Shown one piece after another: positions 39,061 to 49,374 of a stretch of 64,000 bases of DNA (the first letter of the stretch is position 1; each line of letters starts with the position of its first letter). The stretch is from assembly GCA_965198005.1 (NCBI GenBank), contig CBDAOI010000004.1, positions 608,001 through 672,000 of the forward strand. The letters run 5' to 3'. The DNA is from Spirochaetia bacterium. Lineage in GTDB: Bacteria; Spirochaetota; Spirochaetia; SZUA-6; Bin103. The notes below the pieces were generated by a model. That model was not told the origin of the DNA, ran no database searches, and saw nothing but the letters and a program-made list of their open reading frames with translations. The position numbers were made by a program, and so were the translations under genes.

Positions 39061-40350
39061 ATGCGCATGATGCGTGACGACGCCACCCGGCGCTCCACCG
39101 GTTCAGTTGCAGCGCCCCAGGACCGTCGCCCCAGTCCCCCGCCTGTGAGGGGGCAGTCGACCGTGGCTGCGGCGCGCCCGTTCGAGTTCGCGCCGCTCGA
39201 CGAGGTTCGACAGAACCTGCGGGTGAAGTGGTACCGCTCGCCGATCGACCCGGCGACGCTACGCCGCCTGATGCAGCGCAGCGACCTGCATGGGGCGCTT
39301 CAGGCCTTGGGCCATCTCGGCCTGTTTGCCGCTACCGGCACCCTCACCGCCTATTTCTTCACGCAGGCGACGTGGCTGCCGTTTGCCCTGGCACTATGGT
39401 GCCATGGCAGCTTCGGAGCGTTCATGTTCATCGCAAATCACGAGTTGGGCCATGGCACCGTGTTTCGTACCAAGTGGTTGAATCGTCTGTTCCAGAGCAT
39501 CTTCAGCGTGCTGTCGTTCTGGAACCCGCACGAGCACGATCTGAGCCACATCTACCATCATCGCTATACGCTCTACTCGGATGGTGACCGCGAACTGCCC
39601 GGCCAGTACTACAGTCCCGGCGTAGTGGTGCACCCGTGGCTGCTGAACATCCGGCCGTGGCGGGTGATTCAGTTGCTGACCTTCAGCTTCGCCAGCCTCC
39701 GCCACCTGACGATGTCCACGCTGCGCCTGGCCACGCGGCGCTACCGGATGAAGTTCACCGGCATTTTCGCCAGCGAGTGGGCCAGCGCCCTGTTCGCGAC
39801 GAGCCCGGAGATCGAACGCAAGGCGGTGCGTTTCGCACGGATCACCATCGCCTTCCACGTCGCCGCGTTGGTGGTCGCTGCGGTGCTCGGGGCGTGGTGG
39901 CTGCCGATCGTCTTGACCGGCTCGGTGGGCGTCGGCCGCTGGTTATTCGAATTGATCGTGATGCCGCAGCACTTCGGACTGATGGACGGCGTCCCCGATT
40001 TCCGGATGACTACCCGCTCGATCAAGCTCAACCGGTTCACCTCGTTCCTGTACTGGCGCATGAACTGGCATGCCGAGCACCATATGTACGCTGGCGTGCC
40101 CTGCTACAACCTCAAGAGGCTGGCCAAGGAGATCGCCCCCGACATGCCGCGGCTGCGCACCCTGTGGCAGGCGTGGGCGGAGATGATCCAAAGCGCCAAG
40201 CGCCAGCGGCACGACCCGAACTATCAGTACCGGACGCCGCTGCCGCCGACCGCCCATCCGGCGGTATTGAGCGAGGATGAGGTCGTACTGCCGGAGGGCG
40301 AGCGGCTTGCCGCTGAGGCCTCCATCGGCGACTTGGCACACAAGAGGTAA
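39061..40350 (+). CDS. Fatty-acid desaturase family membrane di-iron enzyme
   Basis: His boxes HELGH, HIYHH, HAEHH plus TM segments; start approximate. Confidence 0.88.
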   Translation: MRMMRDDATRRSTGSVAAPQDRRPSPPPVRGQSTVAAARPFEFAPLDEVRQNLRVKWYRSPIDPATLRRLMQRSDLHGALQALGHLGLFAATGTLTAYFFTQATWLPFALALWCHGSFGAFMFIANHELGHGTVFRTKWLNRLFQSIFSVLSFWNPHEHDLSHIYHHRYTLYSDGDRELPGQYYSPGVVVHPWLLNIRPWRVIQLLTFSFASLRHLTMSTLRLATRRYRMKFTGIFASEWASALFATSPEIERKAVRFARITIAFHVAALVVAAVLGAWWLPIVLTGSVGVGRWLFELIVMPQHFGLMDGVPDFRMTTRSIKLNRFTSFLYWRMNWHAEHHMYAGVPCYNLKRLAKEIAPDMPRLRTLWQAWAEMIQSAKRQRHDPNYQYRTPLPPTAHPAVLSEDEVVLPEGERLAAEASIGDLAHKR

Positions 40351-41743
40351 TGGCACGTACACGTTCACGTCTCGGCGCTGCTGGTGCTGCGGGATCTGCT
40401 GAACAGCGGCGCGCAGGGCGACTTCCGCTGCGTGTACGCCAACGTCGAGGCGGGCCAGGCGATGCGCGAGAACGTGGCGGAAGGCATGCGCACCGTACTG
40501 TCCCAGTTTGCACTCAGGGCGAGCCTGACGCTGGGCGACGACACGCTGGAGCGTATCTGTCGCGAGGCCATGAACAGCGCCGGACCAGGTGGCGCACTGA
40601 GCGTGACGCTGAGTCGCTGGGCCGCTGCCGACCGCAAGCCGCTGGTGCGGCTGATCGACGAGATCGACGCGCTGGTGGGCGACACCCTGCTGTCGGTGCT
40701 GCGGCAACTGCGTACGACCAGCGTCCGGCCGCCTTCCCGCACACCATCGTCCTGTGCGGGGTGCCTGACGTGCGCGACTACCGCATCCACTCGACTGCCG
40801 AGAACCGGCTGGTGCTCGGCGGCAGCGCCTTCGACATCAAGTCCGAATCGCTGCGATTGGGCGACTTCTCGGAGCAGGAGATAGGGGCACTGCTGGGGCA
40901 GCACACGGCGGCGACCGGGCAGGCGTTCACGGCGGAGGCGGTGCGGCTGATCCTGACGCGGACCGCCGGGCAGCCGTGGCTGGTGAACGCGCTGTGCCGG
41001 GAGGCATGCTTCGAGGACGAGGTGGGGCGTGACCGCGCGCGCCCGGTCACGGCCCACGCCATTCCGGAGGCGCAGGAGCGGCTGATCCTGCGCCGCGACA
41101 CGCATGTCGACGATCTGGCGCACAAGCTGCGCGAGGAGCGCGTGCGGCGCGTGGTGGAGCTGGTCGACCGAGGACGTCGCCTACGTCTGCGACCTGGGGC
41201 TGGTGGCGCAGGACGCCGCCGGCACGCCGCACATCGCCAACCCGATCTACGCCGAGGTGGTGCCGCGGCATCTGAACTACGCGGTGCAGGCAGGGCTGCC
41301 GCAGCAGATGGCGTGGTACGTGGGCGCGGACGGCGGGCTGGACGTTGAGGGGCTGATCGCGGCGTTCCAGGAGTTCTTTCGCGAGCACTCCGAGCACTGG
41401 GTACAGCGTTTCGAGCAGTACCACGAGGCCGGCCCGCAGTTGCTGCTGCAGGCGGATCGAGCGGGAGTACGCGCTGGGGCGCGGGCGCACCGACCTGCTG
41501 ATCGTGTGGCCGCAGGGCGGGCGCGAGCGCCGTTTCGTGGTGGAGTGCAAGGTGCTGCGCAAGGGGTTGGAGCGGACCATCGCCGAGGGGGTGGAGCAGA
41601 CCCGCGGCTACGTCGACCGGTGCGGGGCGGAGGCGGGCCACCTGATCGTGTTCGACCGCGCGCCGGACCGAACCTGGGCGGAAAAGATCTTCCGCCGCGC
41701 GCCGGCGGGAGCTGGCGTGCCGGTCACGGTCTGGGGGATGTAG
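40351..41743 (+). pseudogene. ATP-binding protein with C-terminal PD-(D/E)XK-like domain, 5'-truncated and multiply frameshifted
   Basis: YANVE, LIDEIDAL, DVRDYRI, TAGQPWLVNAL, IANPIYAEV, REYALGRGRTDL, VVECK in successive frames. Confidence 0.8.
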
Positions 41744-41849
41744 CGCCAAGCTCTGGAGGAGCACCGTGCCGCGTCGACTTCCCCTGCGCCTGCTCGATCA
41801 ACGCGGAGGGCAGCTTCCTTGTATCTGCGCGCCTCGCTGTTTCGTTACG

Positions 41850-41987
41850 CACGTGGCGCTGCCCGCGGCCGAGATCGAGCGGCGCCTGGCCGCCCTGCCG
41901 GAGCGCCCCATCCCCTACAGCCGCGGCGCCCTGGCCAAGTACGCGCGCTTGGTCTCCTCCGCCAGCCGCGGCGCCATCACCCACTAG
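41850..41987 (+). pseudogene. 3'-terminal fragment of dihydroxy-acid dehydratase (ilvD)
   Basis: EIERRLAA...RGALAKYARLVSSASRGAIT is the IlvD C-terminus. Confidence 0.8.
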
Positions 41988-42072
41988 GGCCGCTGTCTCC
42001 GGCGGCTCGGAACCTCGATGAAGAACACCGCCGTTGCGACGTTTTGTCGCGACACGATGGGGAGGAACAACC

Positions 42073-42405
42073 GTGCGAAATATTGAAGTATTCTCGGTGC
42101 GGGACCTTCGGTTGCGTTCCAGTGAACTGGTGCGCGATGCCGAGGGCGGGCAAGTTTCGATCATAACCAAGCGCGGTAAGCCCGCCGTACTGGCGCTGCC
42201 CTTTGGTGGCCGCCTGCTTGACCTGGGCGTCGACAAGGACTTGGCGATTACCCTGTTCGAGCGCCGGCTCCTCACTCTGGGCAAGGCCGCGAAGCTCGCC
42301 GGTCTCACCCACGACGCGTTCATGGACATGCTCGGGGCGGCCGGCATCGTGGCAGTCGACTATCCCCCGGAGGAATTGGACGAGGAGCTGCAAGTCGAGA
42401 TCTGA
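42073..42405 (+). CDS. Phd/YefM-UPF0175 fusion antitoxin
   Basis: SVRDLR...IITKRGKP then LTLGKAAKLAGL...F..ML...GI; GGAGG SD. Confidence 0.8.
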   Translation: MRNIEVFSVRDLRLRSSELVRDAEGGQVSIITKRGKPAVLALPFGGRLLDLGVDKDLAITLFERRLLTLGKAAKLAGLTHDAFMDMLGAAGIVAVDYPPEELDEELQVEI

Positions 42406-42410
42406 CCGCG

Positions 42411-42570
42411 ATGATCGTGTCGGACGCGGGCCCGCTGATCGCACTATTGCGAATTGGGCAGCTTCTCTTCCTCCGCGCGCTGTTCGGGGAGGTTGTGATA
42501 CCACAGAACGTTCTGCGCGAGCTGCATCTCGATGAGCCGCGTGTCGGCGCAACTGCAGTGGCCGAAGAGC
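42411..42570 (+). pseudogene. Truncated DUF3368-type PIN toxin
   Basis: MIVSDAGPLIAL..IGQL..L..LFGEVVIP..V..EL; similarity then lost. Confidence 0.75.
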
Positions 42571-42871
42571 AGCAACGTCGCCGGGGTGGTGGCGCGCAGC
42601 TTCGGCATCGACCAGCGCCGGGTGGGTGTAGCCGGGGGTCACACAGCAGCGCTGCGCTCCTCCGCTCCACGACGTCGGCGGGTGTCGCGCTACCCCTCCG
42701 AGCGGTGCGCAAGCGGCAGCGAAGGCGCGCCCGTTGTAACGGGCAACCAGACATATAGGCGTCTCAACGTCCGCCGCCGGGTGCCGGATCGACGGCCCCG
42801 GCGACACCGCGGTGGCGTGACACTACGCCCACGAAGCGGTAGAGTCCGAGGAGAGCGGAGGCGCCGGAGAG

Positions 42872-43324
42872 GTGTACGTGAGTACAGAGTTGATCGGGCT
42901 ACTTGGCTCCACGATCGCCCTCGGCGGTCTGCTGTTCGCCGTGGGCCGCGCCATTCGCGGCGACCTGAAGGCCGAAGTAGGGGCCATTCGCGGCGACCTG
43001 AAGGCCGAAGTAGGGGCCCTGCGCGGCGACCTGAAGGCCGAAGTAGGAGCCATTCGCGGCGACCTGAAGGCCGAAGTAGGAGCCCTGCGCAAGGGGATGG
43101 GCGCGGGCGATGCCGCACTGAGCGAGGAGATCGGTGCCCTCCGCGCCGAGATGAAGGCCGACCATCAAGCGCTGCGCGCCGAGATGAAGGCCGGATTCGG
43201 AGAGCTCAATACGCGGGTTGGCGGCGTCGAGCAGCGGCTGTCGAAGGTGGAGGGTGTAATCGAGGGTCTGTTTTGGAGCAACCGGAACGAGCCCCCCGAC
43301 AGACCGGGCGAGGGCGTCGCCTGA
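42872..43324 (+). CDS. Small protein: N-terminal TM helix plus 11-residue coiled-coil repeats
   Basis: STELIGLLGSTIALGGLL; (A[IL]RGDLKAEVG)x4; RLSKVEG. Confidence 0.8.
   Translation: MYVSTELIGLLGSTIALGGLLFAVGRAIRGDLKAEVGAIRGDLKAEVGALRGDLKAEVGAIRGDLKAEVGALRKGMGAGDAALSEEIGALRAEMKADHQALRAEMKAGFGELNTRVGGVEQRLSKVEGVIEGLFWSNRNEPPDRPGEGVA
42950..43090 (+). repeat. 33-bp tandem repeat, about 4.3 copies
   Basis: GCCATTCGCGGCGACCTGAAGGCCGAAGTAGGG and variants. Confidence 0.92.
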
Positions 43325-43462
43325 AGGCGGTGGCGTCGCCTGCAGCCGCGTGTGTGCGTGCGGCCTCTACTACCGGGGGAGCCGGGGATTCGGGCTACCG
43401 GTCCGACAGGGAGCTCAAGAATTGGGCCGTTGGGCCGTAGGCCGATTCGTGGTTGGCGTCCT

Positions 43463-43528
43463 CGGGAGCGGAGGTTATGATCACCGAGGGTGGGATCCAC
43501 GGGAGCGGAGGTTATGATAGGGTGGGAT
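43463..43528. repeat. Intergenic direct repeat, 19-bp core, 37-bp period
   Basis: CGGGAGCGGAGGTTATGAT at 43463 and 43500, each followed by AGGGTGGGAT. Confidence 0.85.
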
Positions 43529-43698
43529 GCAGTCAATCGCGACATCGCGACTACATCTGGGTATGGCTGTGCCTCACCTGCGGGGGGCTTGAGTGACCTA
43601 TAACACGTCAACGCTTATGACACTCTGTTCCCCTGACAGCCGCTCGCCGAGATTTGCTGAAAATCAGCTCGCGGCGGGCTTGCTTAATGGTGAGGAGT

Positions 43699-43719
43699 CC
43701 CCCCCCCCCCCCCCCCCCC
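43699..43719. repeat. C21 homopolymer
   Basis: 21 consecutive C. Confidence 0.9.
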
Positions 43720-44071
43720 AAGTATTTGCACGAGAAGCACTAAGACTAGTAGCCAGGTAAACGCTCGGGCTGAACGCGCGGCGCGCGCGCGCCAGGTCGC
43801 GTTCACCACCGCGTCCCCGACCACCTGCACAGCATGCCGCCGGCGTTGCCGGCCACTCACATTCGCCGCGCCGCCCCTCACCGCCCCGCCCGGCGTTCCG
43901 GGCTCCGGTACGCGCGCGCGTTTGAGGAGGTGCCGTGTGTAGGATGCAGAACTGACTCGGAACCCGGGCTGGCGCCCTCGCTTCCTGGTCACCTGCGAAT
44001 GCAGGCATGCCTCGAAAGCGGGCGAGGGGTCGGCAGTGGAAAGCAGAGCTTTCGAACGACAGGAGATCATT

Positions 44072-45904
44072 ATGAGCATTTTGAACAACGGAATGACCAA
44101 AGCGTGCCTCGCGGTACTGTGCGGTCTCGTCCTGACCGCAACCGGCCTATGGGCAAGCGCGGCCGGGGAACAGGAGCCGGCCGCGGCGATGGAGAAGGAA
44201 ATGGTGACGGACCCGTCCACCGGCGAGATGGTAACCGCGCCGGAGTATGGCGGCACACTTACCTTCGCCAATAAGCTGGCGACTGTGTATATCGACAGCT
44301 TTTACGGCGGCTTCGCCGGTTCCACCCAGTCCGGCTTCACGGAGAAGCTCGGCATCGCCAAGTGGGAAATAGATCGGAACGTGTTCAACCTCCAAAGCGG
44401 CTACGTTCCTCTTTCTGTCATACGAGGGTCGCTGGCCGAGAGCTGGGAACAACCCGATCCGACCACCTACATCTTCCACCTCCGCGAGGGCGTTCACTGG
44501 CATGACAAGGCACCAATGAATGGCAGAGAATTGACCGCCGAGGACGTAGTATTCAACTGGCACCGCATGATGGGCATGGGCGAGTTTGCTGAAGCCGGAG
44601 GGAGCCCCCATCAAGGGCAGATCACCGCTATACCATTTGAGTCGATTACGGCTACCGACCGGTATACGGTTGTCTTCACGACGACGGAGGCACAACAGGA
44701 TACCCTGCGGAATCTCGTCATCCACCACGCCGCTTGGGTATACCCGCCCGAGGTAATCCAGGAACACGGCGATATCCAGGACTGGAGGCATTCGGTCGGC
44801 ACCGGGCCCTACATGCTCACCGACGTCGTCGAAGGCGTCTCTATGACCTTCACCAAGAATCCTGACTACTGGGGCTTCGATGAAAAGTATCCGGACAACC
44901 GATTGCCCTACATTGACGAGTTGACGGGCCTGATCATGACCGAGGAAGCGACCATTGTGGCTGCACTTCGCTCCGGCAGCATTGATTACATCGGTCTGCC
45001 GGGCGGTGGCGGCGCTTTCCTGAGCTCTATCGATCAGGCAGAGAGCCTCCGAGAAAACAACCCGGAGCTCGTGCTGACCGCGTGGGCGTATCGCTCTGAG
45101 AATGCTGTTCAGTTCAAAATGATGGAGCCCCCCTTCAACGACGTCAACGTGCGCGCGGCAATGCAAATGGCATTGGACCTCGAATCAATCAACGATACCT
45201 ACTACAAGGGGTTCGCAGACACGACGCCGCGCACGAGGATTGGCGATGCGCTAGCGGGTTATACCGTCCCGTTTGACGAGTGGCCCGAGGACCTCAAGGG
45301 AGAGTACGCGTATAACCCGCAAGAGGCGGAGCGGCTCCTCGATGCGGCCGGGTATCCTCGCGGCGCAGACGGCATGAGATTCGAGACCGACTTGTCAATC
45401 ATTGACCTCCTGGATGTCGACTACTATCAATTGGCCGCCGCGTACTGGAAGGGAATCGGCGTTGACGTCGGGATCATCTTATTGGACCGACCTGCCTTCA
45501 TCGCCGCGTCGCAAGGACTTACCTATGAAGGTATGTCAAGTACGGTATCAGCCTATGATTTTGATGCATTGGAGGCGATAAGAGGTTACCACTCGAGCTC
45601 GGTAGGGAAGTCCGGGACCGGAGCGAGCCAAACCGGACTCCAGGACCCGGTTTTCGACGCCTTGTTTGATGCGGCTCAAGCCGCTGACAACGTCGAGGAG
45701 CAGCAGAGGGTGGTCAGAGAGATCGATCTGTACCTTGCAAAGAACCATCTGCTGGTGTGGAGTCCCAAGCCTCCGCAGTTCAACGTGAACCAGAGCTGGG
45801 TCAAGGGTTACAACGGTGAGATAGACCTGGGATGGGGCGACCGTAACGCCGTATTCTCCCGCATTTGGATTGACCAGGACCTGAAGCGGGAAATGGGCCA
45901 CTAG
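44072..45904 (+). CDS. Family-5 (Dpp/Opp) ABC substrate-binding protein
   Basis: AGGAG SD; signal peptide; PEYGGTL, SLAESWEQPD, LREGVHWH, VGTGPY, PFNDVNVR. Confidence 0.93.
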   Translation: MSILNNGMTKACLAVLCGLVLTATGLWASAAGEQEPAAAMEKEMVTDPSTGEMVTAPEYGGTLTFANKLATVYIDSFYGGFAGSTQSGFTEKLGIAKWEIDRNVFNLQSGYVPLSVIRGSLAESWEQPDPTTYIFHLREGVHWHDKAPMNGRELTAEDVVFNWHRMMGMGEFAEAGGSPHQGQITAIPFESITATDRYTVVFTTTEAQQDTLRNLVIHHAAWVYPPEVIQEHGDIQDWRHSVGTGPYMLTDVVEGVSMTFTKNPDYWGFDEKYPDNRLPYIDELTGLIMTEEATIVAALRSGSIDYIGLPGGGGAFLSSIDQAESLRENNPELVLTAWAYRSENAVQFKMMEPPFNDVNVRAAMQMALDLESINDTYYKGFADTTPRTRIGDALAGYTVPFDEWPEDLKGEYAYNPQEAERLLDAAGYPRGADGMRFETDLSIIDLLDVDYYQLAAAYWKGIGVDVGIILLDRPAFIAASQGLTYEGMSSTVSAYDFDALEAIRGYHSSSVGKSGTGASQTGLQDPVFDALFDAAQAADNVEEQQRVVREIDLYLAKNHLLVWSPKPPQFNVNQSWVKGYNGEIDLGWGDRNAVFSRIWIDQDLKREMGH

Positions 45905-45922
45905 CTGTCCATTGGCTACGGA

Positions 45923-45959
45923 AAGGGGAGCTGGGACACTCGGAATCCCGGCTCCCCTT
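45923..45959 (+). terminator. Stem-loop after the binding-protein gene (terminator or mRNA stabiliser)
   Basis: AAGGGGAGCTGGGA / TCCCGGCTCCCCTT inverted repeat. Confidence 0.75.
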
Positions 45960-46019
45960 CTCATTGACATCGCTGCGCGGTTAGCTGGCAAGTGACACGA
46001 AAGCGATGAGGAGGATTGC

Positions 46020-46982
46020 ATGAGGGTCTACGTCTTCCGGCGGCTGTTGCTCATGATCCCCACACTGTTCGTGTTGAGCATGCTGGTCTTTTTCTCGGTC
46101 CGTTTCATCCCCGGCGACATAATCGACGCCATGTTGGGCCGGATGAACTACGTCGGCGCTTCCGCGGCGATTGACCGTGACACGCTCGAGCACATGCTGG
46201 GATTGGACGTGCCGGTGTACGTGCAGTATGGACGCTGGATAGGAGGTATTCTCCTGGAAGGGACCCTGGGCACGTCACTGTGGGGCGATTGGACGGTGGA
46301 GGAGAAGATACTCGGGAGGTTGCCGGTAACCGTCGAGCTCGGCGCCATGGCGATCCTCATCGGGCTGCTGATCGCGCTGCCGGTCGGCATCTACTCGGCG
46401 GTCCGCCAGGATACCGCCGCCGACTACGTGGGGCGCTCGGTCGCCATCATCGGCCTGGCGACGCCGAACTTCTGGCTGGGCATCATGGTGATGATCTACC
46501 CGGCGCTGTGGTGGGGCTGGGCGCCGCCGATGAGGCTGATTCCGTTCACGGCCGACCCGCTGGGCAACCTCGGAATGTTCCTCATTCCCAGCCTGATCCT
46601 GGGGACCGCCATGGCTGCCGCCACCATGCGGATGACGCGCACCATGATGCTGGAGGTGCTGCGGCAGGACTACGTCAGGACGGCGTGGTCCAAGGGTCTC
46701 AAGGAGCGGCTCGTTGTAATGCGACATGCCGTCAAGAATGGGCTGATCCCGGTGGTGACGCTGGTAGGACTGCAGCTTCCCATCCTGCTCGGCGGCGCGG
46801 TGATCATGGAGAACATATTCAACCTTCCCGGGTTGGGTAATCTCCTGCTGCTGTCCTTAGGCGACCGAGACTACCCGATGGTCTCCGGCATAAACCTGCT
46901 GTTCGGCACCGGGGTCGTGGTGTTCAATCTGCTCATCGACCTCATTTATCCCTATCTAGACCCCAGGGTCACCTATAAATAA
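46020..46982 (+). CDS. ABC permease, DppB-like
   Basis: RRLL..IPTL, RLPVTVEL, PNFWLG, QDYVRTAWSKGL, RDYP, LDPR. Confidence 0.93.
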   Translation: MRVYVFRRLLLMIPTLFVLSMLVFFSVRFIPGDIIDAMLGRMNYVGASAAIDRDTLEHMLGLDVPVYVQYGRWIGGILLEGTLGTSLWGDWTVEEKILGRLPVTVELGAMAILIGLLIALPVGIYSAVRQDTAADYVGRSVAIIGLATPNFWLGIMVMIYPALWWGWAPPMRLIPFTADPLGNLGMFLIPSLILGTAMAAATMRMTRTMMLEVLRQDYVRTAWSKGLKERLVVMRHAVKNGLIPVVTLVGLQLPILLGGAVIMENIFNLPGLGNLLLLSLGDRDYPMVSGINLLFGTGVVVFNLLIDLIYPYLDPRVTYK

Positions 46983-47912
46983 GTGGGAAAGACGGGGAGC
47001 GTTCGCGAGCCAAAGCGGCGTGCCGGGCTGGCTCATTTCTTTGCCAGGATGTGGCGGGAAAAGCCACTGGGTACGATGAGCGGGATAGTTGTCCTGATGC
47101 TGGTTCTTATCAGCATCTTCGCCGATGTGCTGGCTCCCTATGGCTATACGGAAGTGAATCCGGCAGACCGCCTGCAGGGCGCATCGGTGCAGCATCCGCT
47201 GGGCACCGACCAGTTGGGGCGGGACCTGTTGAGCCGCCTGCTCTACGGGGCTCGTATTTCGCTCATTGTCGGTTTGTGCGCCACTTCCATCACGGTTGCG
47301 GTAGCCGTCCTGGTGGGCGGAAGTTCAGGATTCGTCGGTGGAAAACTGGACCTGGTCGTGCAGCGGGTGGTCGATGCCTGGATGGCGTTTCCGGGACTGC
47401 TGCTGTTGTTGACGGTAATGTCGATCGTGGGCCGGGGAATGCTGCAGATCATAGTGGTGCTCGGCATAACCGGGGGCATTCCCGCGTCGCGGATAGTGCG
47501 CGGAGCGGTGATCGGGGTCAAGGAGAGCACCTATTTTCTGGCGGCAGAGTCCATTGGCCGCAAGCAATGGGAGACGCTCGTGCGGCACGTGCTGCCCAAC
47601 ATCGCGGCTCCGGTAGTCATCATCTTCAGTATCAACATCGGAGCGGTGATCATCGCCGAGGCCAGCTTGAGTTTCCTGGGATTCGGTCTGCCGCTGGAGG
47701 TTCCGAGCTGGGGCAGTCTGCTCAGCCGAGACGGGCGCAAGTACATGGAGCAGGCGCCCTGGCTGGCGCTGTGGCCCGGTCTGTGCCTGACCATTCTGGT
47801 CTACAGCCTGAACATGTTCGGTGATGCGCTGCGCGACCTGCTCGACCCCCGGCTGAAGGGCGGCATGGGTCGTATCGGCACGCACGGCGTGCCAACTAGG
47901 CGCGGCGGGTGA
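46983..47912 (+). CDS. ABC permease, DppC-like
   Basis: HPLGTDQLGRDLLSRLLYGARISL, RHVLPN, EASLSFLG, GDALRDLLDPR. Confidence 0.93.
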   Translation: MGKTGSVREPKRRAGLAHFFARMWREKPLGTMSGIVVLMLVLISIFADVLAPYGYTEVNPADRLQGASVQHPLGTDQLGRDLLSRLLYGARISLIVGLCATSITVAVAVLVGGSSGFVGGKLDLVVQRVVDAWMAFPGLLLLLTVMSIVGRGMLQIIVVLGITGGIPASRIVRGAVIGVKESTYFLAAESIGRKQWETLVRHVLPNIAAPVVIIFSINIGAVIIAEASLSFLGFGLPLEVPSWGSLLSRDGRKYMEQAPWLALWPGLCLTILVYSLNMFGDALRDLLDPRLKGGMGRIGTHGVPTRRGG

Positions 47913-48591
47913 GAGGGTCGCCCGCGAACTGCGCCGGCGCGCGCGCTGGCCCACTGGCGCACGCGAACTGTGGTGACCGGAGCCCGGCAGACTGGTAGTG
48001 CGGGCTCTCGTCATCCCGGCGCGGATGGGGACAGGAACTGACGCGCCGAGCGGGAAAGAACAGCTGCGCAAGCAGGGACGGCACCCTCGGTTCGAGACCG
48101 TTCTCCCGCAGGCTCGCGGCCCAGGAATCGAGATAATCCGCGAACGTGCGGTTGGCGGCGGCGTCCCACAGGTTCAGTCGTGCGCAGTCGCGCCACAGGG
48201 CAGGGTGGTCGAGGAACGCCCTCAGCAAGAGCACCGCCACCGCACCGGTCAGCGCCCGCGCACAGCCGGCTGCTTCCAGCGTCGCGCTGTTGTCGGCCAG
48301 CCACTGCGGCGGAGCATCGGGTGCTGAGTACCGGGCCGCGACGTACTCGGCATACTTCACCAACTCCGGCGCGAAGCGCGTCGCCTCCGCGACCCCGGGT
48401 GGCGGATCGTCGATCCAGGTCACCGAGAGCCGATGCAGCACGAACAGCGAGGCCAGCTCGCACAGGCACTCCTCGAACCAGCGGTGCCTGTGCGCGGTGT
48501 GCCGATCGGAGTTGATCATCAGGTGACACAGCTCGTGCGCGAACTGGTACACGTACTGACACCAGAAGGTGTCGCGGGCGCTGATCCGCAT
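47896..48591 (-). CDS. HExxH-containing hypothetical protein, probably 5'-truncated
   Basis: YQFAHELCH...WFEECLCELAS. Confidence 0.55.
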   Translation of the reverse strand: MRISARDTFWCQYVYQFAHELCHLMINSDRHTAHRHRWFEECLCELASLFVLHRLSVTWIDDPPPGVAEATRFAPELVKYAEYVAARYSAPDAPPQWLADNSATLEAAGCARALTGAVAVLLLRAFLDHPALWRDCARLNLWDAAANRTFADYLDSWAASLRENGLEPRVPSLLAQLFFPARRVSSCPHPRRDDESPHYQSAGLRSPQFACASGPARAPAQFAGDPLTRRA

Positions 48592-48710
48592 CTGGTAGGG
48601 CCGAACCTGCGCCGAGGAGGTGGTGCTGGCGGCCTCGACGCCTGATTCGTGCCGACACGTACACGTCCCCGAGACTTGACGGCAGCCAGGCGGGCGGCTA
48701 CTGTGAGCGA

Positions 48711-48965
48711 ATGAAGAATATCACAGTTTCTGTGGATGAAGACGTCTATCACAGAGCACGGATGTGGGCTGCCGAGCGACGGACTTCGGTTTCGGCGATA
48801 GTGGGGCAGATGCTGATAGAATTCGCGGCCGAGGAGACTCGCTTCGAGCGGCTGCGTCGTGAGGAGTGCGAGTTGCGGGAACGCCTCCGGAGCCGTGGGG
48901 TCAGGTTCGCGGCATCCGACCGGCTCTCACGGGATGCGCTGCACGATCGCCATGCGCTTCGTTGA
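48711..48965 (+). CDS. Ribbon-helix-helix type antitoxin
   Basis: MKNITVSVDEDVYHRAR..AA...TSVSA; SRDALHDR; overlaps the PIN gene. Confidence 0.85.
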   Translation: MKNITVSVDEDVYHRARMWAAERRTSVSAIVGQMLIEFAAEETRFERLRREECELRERLRSRGVRFAASDRLSRDALHDRHALR

Positions 48966-49371
48966 CACCAACGTTCTGCTCTACAGCGTGAGCACGGATC
49001 CGGCGGAAGCGGGCAAAGCCGCCGCCGCGGTTGGGTTGCTGGCCGACGAGGACCTCTGTCTCTCCGTTCAAGTGCTGCAGGAGTTCTATGTCCAAGCCAC
49101 GCGGCTGACTCGCGCCGATCCCCTGCCGCACGATGACGCGGTCGCGTTCATCGACACATGGCAGCGATTCCGGGTGCAGGAGATGTCGGTTGCGCTGATG
49201 CTGGAGGCGCTCGCGGCGGCCAGGCGCTGGCGCGTGTCCTACTGGGATGCCGCGATTGTCGAAGCGGCGAGGATACTCGACTGTGACGAGTTGTTGACCG
49301 AAGACCTGAATGCCGGTCAGGTGTTCGACGGGGTGACGGTGGTCAATCCGTTTCCCCGACTTGATCGTTGA
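48952..49371 (+). CDS. PIN-domain (VapC) toxin, apparently intact
   Basis: FVDTNVLLY, SVQVLQEFY, SYWDAAIV, LLTEDL, VVNPF. Confidence 0.9.
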   Translation: MRFVDTNVLLYSVSTDPAEAGKAAAAVGLLADEDLCLSVQVLQEFYVQATRLTRADPLPHDDAVAFIDTWQRFRVQEMSVALMLEALAAARRWRVSYWDAAIVEAARILDCDELLTEDLNAGQVFDGVTVVNPFPRLDR

Positions 49372-49374
49372 CGC

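Noticed and set aside
42950-43090. 33-bp repeats as CRISPR
   Set aside because: Contiguous, in-frame coding repeats with no spacers
43463-43528. Possible mini-CRISPR array
   Set aside because: Only two copies, the intervening sequences are themselves similar, and there are no cas genes
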